Source: Cycas panzhihuaensis (lineage: Eukaryota; Plantae; Cycadophyta). From it: a stretch of DNA of 64,000 bases. A program made the translations under genes and the position numbers. The notes beneath the pieces were generated by a model, which saw only the letters and a list, made by a program, of their open reading frames with translations, did not search any database and was not told the origin of the DNA. The stretch covers positions 213,411,741 to 213,475,740 of the forward strand of contig CM041465.1 in assembly GCA_023213395.1 (NCBI GenBank), read 5' to 3'. The first letter of the stretch is position 1, and every line of letters starts with the position of its first letter. Shown in pieces: positions 25,471-37,139 of this stretch.

Positions 25471-28400
25471 TTTTGTGCCAAAAAAATGCAATTTACCTTG
25501 CCAATTCTGTCAATCTTCTCATGACTTGTTTCTCCTCACACATCTTTCCCTGCCACATCTCCAATGAGTGTCCTCACTTGTTCCAAAATTTCAATTTTTT
25601 CTCCAATCTTTCACCCCACCCAAAACTTTGAAATTATCAACAATGACAATTCTAATTGTTATGTTCCTCGACTTGCTTGTGTGCCTCCTTAAGCTTGGCA
25701 ACCTCCCTCCTAATATGCAAAGGAACTGGATAAACAATGGTCAAAGGTAAGTTCAAGAATTTAGACTTGATATAATCACAAAGGAGAACTACATCACATA
25801 ATGCATCTAATTGTCTCATATTCAATAATTCTCCTGTTTGTAGTTGATCAATTTCCTCATTTAATTCTTCATTTATCTTTTTTACAGTCTGTAATTCAAA
25901 TCTGTAGGCCTGAACTTGTTTCCATAAAGTCTAACATTGTTGTGCTTTCTCATCACTTCTTAAAATCTAGGCACCTAACTTGTATACTGTATCCTAAAGA
26001 TCATCTAAAATATACTGATTAAAATTTTCTTTAATTCTATTTAACTCCAGAATGACATCATTGACATCGTCAACCCAATCCAAAACAAATTTCTTCAAAA
26101 ATGCCAACTGTCTTTATCGTTTGGAATTGTTCCTCTAGCTGACAAATTCGTTGTATATTAGGAGGTGGCCTATGTGTCCAGTTTTCTAATTCTACCACCA
26201 ATTGTCTAGTAACTTTACTAAGAAAAGAGGGCTCCACTTGGAGACATCTTGATGATAGCAGGACATTGGATCCAATCCTTCTTCTAGAATTTGTGCAAAG
26301 GAATACTCAAATTCTGTTGGTTGTTGATTTAACTGCTCAATAATCTCTTACCATCACTTCTACCGTGCCAATTTCATGCACTAGTGTCAGTCGTCATCCA
26401 GTTCCACACGTTCCAAACTAGTCAGAATCACTTGTTGAGGTTGTTCTTCAATTATTACTGGCTCTTCTGACTCTACCTTCCTTTTTCCTAATCTAATTTG
26501 TTCTCTTCTTTCACTCTCATTCTTCTCTTTCTCGTCTTCTTCAATTACTTGTTTTCTGGTTCTTGTCTGTGAGGTCTCCTCTTCTTGCAGTTCCTCATCT
26601 TCTTTCCCACTACCTACCTCCTTACCTAGACAAGGTGTTGAAATCGTTTGTTGCCACTGTTGAAGAGGCCACACTTTTGCTTTTTCTTAGGCCTCCACCA
26701 ACATAGGATTTTGTAAATTGTCCTTCCCAAATATACTTGTCCATTTGGCAAGAACGACTCACCCTTCTTCTAGAGCTAGTAACTGTACATCAGGGCATTA
26801 CAAAAACAATAACCCTTGCAACAACATCACATGGAAAACATGATGGATTGTGTCATGCCCCACACTCTCCAAGTTCTTTTGGAATAGTTTAGAAATGAAA
26901 TCAGCCCAATAAAATTGAGCCCCCTTGGCAACTGACAGCAACATTGTTCGCAGATTTGTCAAAACATACAAATTCTTCTGACTAAGAATCAATTTAGTGA
27001 ACAGAAAATGAGCAATCCATTTTAGTCCTTCGAAACGGAAGCTAGCAATGCTTATTCCTGAACTCGACATATACTTTGTATCCGCACTGAACTGTCTTGC
27101 AACCTACTCCTAGGAATCTGGTTGTCTTCCGAAATTTCATCACCCTTGTTTGGCAATCCTATCAATTCTGCATTTTTTTCTACAAAAGAATCTAAAATTT
27201 ATAGGCATGAAGCTAAAATGGCAGTTACCAAAGTTAAAAAAATTAATTGCCATAGGAAGAATGCCTGCCAAAATATATTTTGACAAGGTAGCCTCTATCA
27301 ACATTCTCTTCCTATTATCACTAGCCTGCATTGCCAACCATTCAGCACGAATCCGAGAATCATTTGTTTCCCTAAAGCTTATATTTTTTTATGGAATATC
27401 ATTAACATTCGTAATGGCTTCTTCTTCTACTTACAAAGTTCCTACAATTGTTTAAATGGTGATTGCATTGAGGGGAAAAAAAGAAAATATATACTATTTT
27501 GGCCACCGCTTTAGCCGCAGTCACGTCCCGAGTTAATTTAATATCTAGGATCTTTGATGCCTTGGTTGCAATCGTGTCCCATCATCGTTAATGAACCTAA
27601 TCATGTTTGCAATGTGCACCGCATGTCGTACTTGACATAATTTTATCTATTTATTTTGCCATAGCTCCATAGTTGGTCATGCTCATACTTAATTTCTAGC
27701 ACCCACCTTAATTACGACCAACCAATGTAATGATGACTGCGAATAAAAAGGTCCAACAACCCTTTATCTAATCTTTATCAAATCTCCAATGCGCTTTGTC
27801 CATTGTCACCATGATTAAGAAAGTTCATTCTCTTGATTTGCATGCTCTTTTCGTTTTTTCAATACTTATACAATTTATGCCTGCTGTTGTCAACCATCTT
27901 GGTCAACATTTTACCATCTAATTGTTCCAAGCGCACTGCGCCATTTGTGCTGATGTAATTTACCTTAAAGGGTCCAAGCCACCTTAACTTCATTTTGTCA
28001 GGTTTCATCCAGAATTTACTACTATACATTAAGACTAAATCACCTACCTCGTACTAAGGTGCCTGTAGATGCTCATCATGCCATGCCTTCCTCCTTGCTT
28101 TTTCTACTTTTAGTTCCTATATAGCCCTTGCACATTCTTCATCCAACTTCATCAGTTGAATCAAACGTTGATCATAAGATTCTTCTTCTCCTAATCTCAC
28201 CTATTGAGCTACTCTAACATTTTTTGCTTGGACTTCAAGAGGAACTATTGCTTCCAAGCCATACACAAGTTGGAAGAGCATGCACTTATGAGGTTGTTTT
28301 CTTGTAGTCCTATCTACCCAAAGAACTAAGTGGAGTCTTTCTACCCAGTCCATTCTTCTTGCATTACTTATGAGGTCCATTCTTCTTGCATTACTTCATG

Positions 28401-31400
28401 TCCAACTACCTTTTCCAGTACATTTTCTGTGAAAGGAATTGGAAAGGGGTCTCATTTTGTGACCTTGTTCAATGCTCTATAATCTACACAGAACCTTAAT
28501 TTCCCATTCTTCTTGGGCTCAACCACTACTGAGCTGACCCATTCACTATTTTCTACCTCAAAGATGTATTTGAATGTCATGTCCATGTTTTCAACTTTCT
28601 CAGTTTGTGGACCATCTAAACACAAAGGAAGTGTTACCTTCCTCCCACCTAAGCTTAAGGTAAACGTCAATTTCACCCAATCCTAGAGTGCTTCTGTGGC
28701 CAATAGCCAAGGCCTTCCTAGTAATGCTGGATAATTTTTCTTATGATTTTGCATTCTTACCACAGCAAAATCCAACAATGCTATGATGCTTGCTATAGTC
28801 ACAAGTACATTCATAAGTGTAGCCATTGGTCTTACCTGTAATTGGTTGGCTAACCAAATTGAATAAACTGGGTTATCATATCAAGCCTTCTCAATGAAAT
28901 CTAAGAGGTTTCAGGTAATACATTTACCCCAAATCCACCATCCACAATCATCCTATAGATAGTTGTCCCAAAGATATTCATAGGGACTCTTGGATCAATT
29001 GCATTGGTCTTCAAAGCTCTTAGCACCAGATTCTCAATTTGATCTAGCACCACTTGCTAGAAATAGCTTGTCTCCCACCATTTGAAGACAACAATAACAG
29101 TAATAATTGGAATAGCAATTCCCAACTCCATAAGGAGATCTTTAACAGGTTGCAATCCTTGCCAAGGATTCGTCTTTTCTTTCTAGGACATTGTTTTCCT
29201 TGTGTAGACTTGCCCCTTAAATCTATTTGCTTGTTGCATCTCCTCATGATGCATTGTTTTCATAGCTTCCTATAGGGCTTGAACAACTTCTTAAAGTCTT
29301 TCCTTCTCCACTATAGGATCTAGAAAATTATCAGCAATTGGAGTAGATGTCAGCTTCTAGCTTCATGTCTACAAACAAGTGAGTATTTTTTCATCTAGAA
29401 CCTTGATTACAATATTAGAATTTTGAACTTTTACATTGGGATTCTTTGGACAATTAACCCACTCGTGATTAGTTGGACTACATTCTTCACAAATATAATT
29501 GCCATCTTTCTTTTGTAAGGGACAGCCCAATCGAAAATGACCCCACATTGAACACAAATGACATCAGACAACGAATGTTCAAATTGTTCCCAGGATACAA
29601 CCCTAATCTGTTCCTGTTTTAGGAACCATTTTTTTGCTAGCGTGCCTAATGTGTGGATGAATAAATGATTCCAGTGAGATTTGGGAGTACTCCAATGTTT
29701 CCACATGCATTTACACTTAACAAGGTGTCGTTAGGGCATTCTCCTACCAAAAACCCTGAGATCAACATACTTTGAGGTGGATCGAACCTTAATCAAAATG
29801 TCAACTACAGGTTGTTCCATGTTCTAAGGATATGGTGGTGGACTACATACCACCACCATGCTTGGTCTCATAAGGTGATTACAAAGTCAAAAACCCCTTG
29901 AATTCTATCCAAAACTTTATATTGTAACCGATGCTCCATGCACTGGATCAAGTGGCTTGTGCCTTCCATCTTGTTTCCTAGAAATATGGGCATGTCCTTT
30001 TGTAGGTTTGTTCTATCCTCTAGTATAAGACTTGTTGGATGAGTTTCCTATATTAGAGGTAGTATTGTATCTAATTCTCTAAGATTACCATCTATCTCAA
30101 TTTCACTTGGTGGGTTGACTGAAATGGAATTTGGGGTGTTTATGGAGGGGTGAGGTAGGGAAGGGAATTTCTACCTTGGTTGTTCGACCTACGGTAGGGG
30201 TAGGAGAAGAAGTTTCCCCGAAGCCAGAAGGGAGATTGGCCAAATCTCCTGAATTGACTATGGGGAATGGAGGGTTGGGAAGGGGATAAGGGTAGGGATC
30301 GAGATAAGGGAGGGGGATAGAAGTTAGTGGTTTTACATGTACTTTTCTATTTACTTCAAACTCTACTTTTATCAAACATTCATTATCTAAAGATTCATCA
30401 TGACAATTGGAACCCATATAATCTAAATTATTATTTGATTTACTATTAATTGAAAAACATTTGGATAGCAAATTACAATGAAATGAGAAGGGTTGAGTCT
30501 CATATGAATTGTTCATCCAATACTTGATCATATTCATCATATCATCTTCATCTTATGATATTTCTTATGACAGTTCTCCGTATACATTTGGCTCGAATTC
30601 TTGGGAATTATTCATATGTGCATTCTCGTCTGTTGTGTGATACAAATTGGCTTCATCAAATGTTAAGGAGGTCTCTTGGGTGGCTATTGTGATGTTGGAT
30701 GCGTCATCTAGGACTACTTCCATTGTGTATTTTTCCTTTGCCAACATGGGAAGAACGACTTCGTTACCTCCATCTGTTAATGTAAACGGCACATCTTTCC
30801 AGCTTTGTAGGCAATTCGTTTAATACAACCATGGCCTACCCAGTAAAGTTGGGTAGGTCACCATGTCTTTCACCGTATCTATGATAGTAAAGTCCACTGG
30901 AACTATGATTCCTACCACTTTCACTTGTATATTCTCCAACTGACCCATTGGTTTTAATAGCAATTCATTTGCTAGTTTTAATGAATAATTTGTGGGTGTT
31001 AATCATGGGCTCCCTAATTTTTTCCGTGTTTACATTGGCAGTACGTTTAGTGCAACTCCACCATCAGTAATAGCATTCTTCAATGTTACTCCCACAATAC
31101 TTATGTCAACTAAGGGATCAAAGTCACAAGAGGGTTTGACCTTGTGCAGGTTTCATGTAGTTTCTATTGGGTGGATTATTCCTCCTTTAATTCACTCTAT
31201 TACTTTCTCCAATGGAATAATCAACTTCAATTGCTTAATCAAATCTTCCATCAGCACTAATTTTTGTAGAAGTTCATTAGATTTTGAAGTTACTTCACAT
31301 GGGTTATCTTCCAAAGTTTTTCTTTCTATCACTTTATTTTTTCTGCAATAGACTTGTTTGATTTCAGGTTTCCCTAGTGGTAGAGATTTGACTGCTTCTT

Positions 31401-31614
31401 CCAATGCTTTTTTGGCAGTGGCAAAGCAGTCGATCTCTGCTTTTGGATCAAGGTATTTGTTTTCTTCGATATGCTTCTTATTTTGCAAATTTACATTCTT
31501 CAGGGAACTGGGTATGATTGTTACCCCATTCAGAGCCTTGCCTTTACCCTTGCACTCCTTTGTCATATGTGTACTTGGCCCACAATTCTTGCAAAGATAG
31601 GGGCATTTCTTCTA

Positions 31615-31809
31615 AGCTATTGAACAATTGGATTTCCAATCTCCATACTTGAGACATATTAGGCATTTTCCTAATGGAGGTTTCTTGTTTGAATTTTCCA
31701 GTTGTGTCTGAGCTATTGAACAATTGGATTTCCAATGTCCATACTTGAGACATATTAGGCATCTTCCTAATGGAGGTTTCTTTTTTGAATTTTCCAATTG
31801 TGTCTCAGC
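31615..31809 (-). repeat. 96-bp tandem duplication of a gag CCHC zinc knuckle
   Basis: agctattgaacaattggatttccaat at 31615 and 31711. Encodes CLICLKYG(H/D)WKSNC twice. Confidence 0.9.
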
Positions 31810-34171
31810 GGTATAGATTGTTCTAGTGTTGGGGTTACTTCTTCTCCATCATTTTTCCTTTGCCATTCATGCCTCTTGTATTAGAGTAGCATTCTTGGGT
31901 GTTATGCTTGTTCTGGTCACAAATATGGCACCAACTGCTTTGCTTCCTTGCCTTGGCATTACATTCACATTCTTTGGTGGTATGTGTGCCTTCCTCACAA
32001 ATATGGCACCATTTCTCTATCGGGGTTTCCTTACTCCTATGTTTTCCTGACTTCTCCTCCATACTTTTCCAGAATTTGTGCTTTTGTAATTTTAGCCTTG
32101 CCACTTCTTTTCCTTAGGGCTTCTGCTTCTGAGTTTTCCTCTATTTTTGCCATTTAAAATAGGGGTCTATTAAGATTCTAAGTTTGCAACTCATTTATTT
32201 CCTCCTAGAACCCCATGACAAGGGATCATAGGCTATTCTCTTTGTATCAATCTCTTTCTCAAAATCTAGTGCTAATTCTTGAGCATGTTGATATGACTTT
32301 AATGGATGTGAAGCCATTACATTCCTCAACTTGGTGTTTAACCCATTCATAAAGAAAGTCCTCATACTAAAATTTGTAATCTTCTCTCCGTTTATCATAG
32401 CAAAGGCTCTCATGTCAATTCTTCTTATATACGTCATCACTGACTCTCTTGGCTTCTATTGAATCTCCCTCAAAGTTAACTCTATAATATCGTTATTACG
32501 ATATTTCAAGAATATTTCTCCAAATTCCTTTTTTATCCCATTCCAAGATTTCTGCAGATCAAACTGCTTGTACCAAGCTAGTGGTACGCCCTTTAGTGAA
32601 TATGCAAATCTCTCCTTAATTTCCGTTTCATTTGTAATCTTTTCAAGATTTATCAACCTCTAGAATAAATATATGTGCTCTGTTGCATCCACAGAATCAT
32701 CAAAAATATGTTTCTCGAATTCCTAATGATGCACCATTGTGGGATTATTCCTTCTTTCCTCCTTTTGTGGTGGGATTGTCTCCTTCCCTTCTGAAAACTT
32801 CCTATAAGACCCTCTTAGTGGCATTTCTTCTCCATTGTTCCCTTTTTCTGCATAAGGGGTTCTAACTAGGTGATTTCAATTGTGTAACGCCCAGTACTCC
32901 TAGAATTTCTACCACAACTGGAGTTGTTATTAAATATGACTAATCCTCACTTCCCTCTTGTGGATCTTGAAATAATTGTCTGATAAGATGATTTTTCCAA
33001 TATGCCCGAGGACCTTCCTCTACCTTCTCCTCGTTGCCACTTAGATCCCTCTGAATAGAGTCCAGACTTAATTCCTTCTTAGGGATACTTATTTCCTTTC
33101 TTTCATCCTTTTCTCTTCTCTTCAATATCTTGCTCTCTATTGAGATTATAACACTTTTCTGGAGCAAGTGTGATTGTCATTGGCTCCCCATGGCCTTCAT
33201 TTTTTGTATCTCGTGGTGTTTGAGTGCCAGTTACCTAGATCCTTCCATTGATTCTATTTGGTCTTCCTTTTTCCCTATACTCAATCTCCTTGCTTTCCTT
33301 AATTTCTTCTCCTTGAATCATCTTAAGGCTCTTTGCTTCCTTGACTCCACTATCCCCTTAGGTTTTGTCTCTGACTCATCTACCTTCGAAAGCCGCTTAG
33401 GTGGCATTGGAAGGTCCCCCTAGCTACCTAGGCTTAGTTAGAGCCTGCCATCATTGTGACAGCCAGGGTGACTTGCCCTTTACACATAGAGTTTCCAACT
33501 CTCTCCATCCTCTAGTGGACTCAAGCAATAGAACCAATGTTGTCTTAATATCTTCCCTACTACGATATTCACTTCTCAAGGGTTTCCACTATAGTCTAGG
33601 GTGTGCTCATGGTCAACATACACATTCATACATTAAATTATGCCTCGTAAGTCCACAATATAATCATGCAACACAATAAAGCATCATGCATTCCTCATTA
33701 CATACACATAGATTCCACGTAACTCTATAATTCCATTAAACACTAATCAATAATTACATCATATCATGTTTTCGTACAATGATGGACTGTCATCCATACT
33801 AGATTAGATCCACTGATTCACTTGACTTGACTCTCACATCCATCCCATTGATTGAATGTACTTAAATAGTTTGTGTCCCTGTTGAGGAACAGTTGTGACC
33901 AAAAGCCACAACCATCCCTTTTTCTTAACGCACAGCCCTTCATAATTGTTCCTTAACTAATCTGTTCCACTGTTGGTTAATTTACACACGCATCCATATG
34001 GTCTTGATACACGGGTCCTTTTTCTACCTGGTCCATTCTGTGAGCGTTTCCGGTGCATTCCTAGACTATGTTGCATACATTCCTTCTCTATATAGTGCAT
34101 TCCTGTGGTGGAACACACCTTGTTCTACCTATTTATCTGCTAGTTTCTCATTTGTTCTCTTTTCCTAATGT

Positions 34172-34940
34172 TTGTTGAACAGTTGCCCTGCATTTATCAA
34201 CTGCATTAAATCAAAATTAACCATACATTCCTTCCTTTGGATGCATAGGTGTCAAATTTGTCTGCAACAATGGGACAGATATCTTACGATGATTCAACAT
34301 GGATACAATAACACAATTCACATCTCTATAGGGCATTCTCCATTCAAGGTATGCTATGCCTTTTACCCTATAGCCCCTTATGAGCTTCCAATTGCAATTC
34401 CGTCACCAACAACACATCGTGAGCAGGTCAAGCAATGAAGGCAGTTGTCTTTGAGTATACATCAGAGTGGATGGGATCTTCACCAAGTCCTGGGCCAAAT
34501 ATAAAATCCAACACAACTAGCATAGGGTCCCACATGACTTGCAAGTGGTGACAAAGTTTGGCTCCACATCGATAAGCAATAGTTAAGCATCAAGCTCACC
34601 ATAAGCTCAAACCCATTCAATTTGGCCACATTAGCTCACAAAAGCAATAGGCCCCAATGCTTTCTACCTAATCTCCCAACTCATGTTGGGATCCATGATG
34701 TCTTCAAATGTCAATAGTCTCAAGCAGTTGCCTTTGTTAGAGGAAGAGGTTGAAGTGATGCACCCAAAGGATATGATACTGAACTTTTAGCCTCCATTTC
34801 CAATTGACACTCTTCTGAACACCAAGACGCACACTACCCAGCACCATCAAATGGATTTCCTAGGCAGCATTCAAGGGTGGCTTTCCACATCTGCAGCAAC
34901 TAATGAATTAAGGACAATTTCCTCCTAAGTGGGGTGGAAT
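34172..34940 (+). mobile_element. Ty3/gypsy integrase C-terminal fragment
   Basis: WDRYLTMIQHGYNNTIHISIGHSPFKVCY, DKVWLH, HHKLKPIQFG, GIHDVF, followed by a purine-rich tract near 34927. Confidence 0.7.
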
Positions 34941-36509
34941 GGATGAGCACGGTTACTACTCATCCATGTAACATTAATTGTAATATTTGTACTTCTCTTC
35001 TTTTTGGATGTTATGCTCACTTAAAATTCCAAAAAATAACTTGAGCTTAGGAATAGTTAAATTTACAAGGAACGAGTACATGCATGTCAGTTTCTTGTAA
35101 CTAGACTTCAAATTTTGTAATCAATAGATAGTATCAATTTCTTGTAACTGCCCCCTCAGCTAATGATGCACTTGGCAATCTTAACAAGAAAAAGGGCTCA
35201 CCCATTGTACAGTTACCTTATTCTGGAGTTGAATAGAAGAACATTTTCTCCCCACTTGTCTTCCCCATTCCTTCCTTGTAGTGCTGCATGCTCATCTGTG
35301 TTGCAACAAATCCAAGCCTCTATTGGATTCCTCCTAGCTTCCACAGTCCCATTGGCATCCAGAAGAAGGGAATCAACTCCCAAGAATTCCAACTGCTTGA
35401 CTATGGTCCGTAAATGTCACATCATTAGTCAAGGAATGCCCATAGGAATGACCCCCACAGGGAAACAATCAGAGAACAGACACAAGAATGCGACCCTTAG
35501 GAAACATAACCAGAATAGCTTCAGAACAGCACCAATAGGTACATGCCACCCAGAATGCCAACAGAATGGCAAGTGTAGGGGACATTGCCAAGAACGTCAC
35601 CCAAAACAGCTTGTGCAGAGTAGAAAGCTAGTTGGAACAGCATCGATAGCAACGCCCTCATGTATTGAATCGAAATGGATGACTCATTACCTATTATAGA
35701 AATTGTCAAAGAACATAACAGAGCACCACACCAAGCCCAACCAAAAAGAGAATACTGCTGAAATAGTTGGCAGCCTTGAGAACATTTTGCATTTAGCCAT
35801 CAGACATGGTAATTAATAGTCAAATCAAGACAAGCACGGGAACCATATTCCTAGAAATGTTTGGCTGGGAACAGAAAATAGGAGGGTGCAATTGGATCAA
35901 CACAAGGCCATGAACCATATTCCCAGAGTATTTTGCTAGGAACAAAAAAATGAGGTGCAGCCATCCATTTTCAAAGGTACAGCAAGCATAAAGAAGAAAG
36001 AATAATTGGATGGTTTATAGCTCAAGCATATGCATTTTCAGTTTTGAACCTTTTGCATGCATGGAAGACCTACAGGATGCAAATAGGTGCGAGTGTCAAC
36101 AGGAAGAAGAAATCTTTTTAATAAGGTACCAACTTAGTGTTAAAATGCATTATACAAGCAAAGAAACTGTACAGCTAGTTTGTACAGAAATCATGGATAA
36201 AGAGCATAAGGGACACCAGGAGGAGAGAAATAACGACTTAATCAAACTAACTACTTGGGTGAGCTTTTGCAAGGCAGGCGGTGGAGCAAAATGGAAATAA
36301 AATAGGCAGTTTATTGCTAATGTACCATATCTGTAACATTTTGAGCTATAACAGGTTCCAGCAAGTGTATATGGAGGAAAAGAAATTTTAGAAAAAAGCA
36401 AAACAGAAAAGAAATTTTCTAAAAAGTCGGATAGTATTCTGAATAGAATTTGTTCCCATAACAGAATCTTTTTCATCAAGCTACAATTCACATAGAACCA
36501 CTAGCTCAC

Positions 36510-36682
36510 CATTGGCTTATCATAGAAAGGGAAGCCCTGCATTTGCCGAAGTGCATTAGTAGCAGCTGATACTTCTTCAAACACAACCCATGCCTGACCC
36601 CGATGCTTTAAAGACTTGAGAGCTAGAACTTCAACAATCTTCCCAAATTGAGAGAAAACAGCATACAGAGATTTCTTGAGCT
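36510..36682 (-). CDS. U1A: U1A coding exon 2 (173 nt, RRM1 core)
   Basis: Acceptor ttgtgttccag|AG completes G+AG=Glu from exon 1. Encodes [58 protein letters not shown] (RNP1 RGQAWVVF). Donor ATG|GTGAGC, phase 0. [14 protein letters not shown] and KH favour U1A over U2B''. Confidence 0.93.
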
Positions 36683-37139
36683 CTGGAACACAAATTGCAA
36701 TTGCAAGAAAATTAGGAAAATGAAACAGATTGATTTGATACTTCAACCATGCATTCTACTCCTATTAAAAAGTTTGTATGCAGAGACAGAATGAACAGAT
36801 ATCCAAATAATGTAGTTTACTGTATTTCACAACAGCAAGACTATTGCAAATGTCAAATACTCTGTAACTTGCCTAATTCAAGGCTTTTATAACACAACCA
36901 TAACCTAGTGAAATTCTAAAACAAAGGGATCTCAACTCCCATAATATATGTCAATAAATTATTCAGTTGACTTCACACAGACATCTGTGAAGGTTATCTT
37001 TCTTATGTAAAATAGCATTTACTAAATTATAACAATTCTTAAATTTCCTCTTAAGTACCCTTGAGGTATTTTAAATTATAGCCCAAACAATTTAACCGAG
37101 TATTTGTCTATATTGTCTTATTCATAAAAGCAGACAAAA

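Larger units (their letters stand above)
25000..33700 (-). mobile_element. Composite non-chromovirus Ty3/gypsy region (two gag-protease modules, deleted RT-integrase, 3' extra ORF), degenerate
   Basis: Gag FAYSLKGVPLAWY (32656-32456), zinc knuckles 32100-31540, protease ~31100-30790. A second gag/knuckle at 29760-29370 and protease ~28990-28680. RT fragment SEWVSSVVVEPKKNGKLRFCVDYRALNKVT joined to an integrase C-terminus (WLGPFKV ~27980). Boundaries approximate. Confidence 0.75.
12501..36509 (-). other. U1A intron 2 (24,009 bp, GT-AG, phase 0)
   Basis: Bounded by the GTGAGC donor and CACAG acceptor. The DKPM|RIQY junction is restored. Confidence 0.88.

Noticed and set aside
35163-35699. 178-aa plus-strand ORF in intron 2
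   Set aside because: No recognisable domain. It is antisense to the host gene and lies in repeat-like ggaac-rich sequence.
36501-36746. ORF-track 81-aa protein as a standalone gene
   Set aside because: The N-terminal part is translated intron. Only 36682-36510 is exon.
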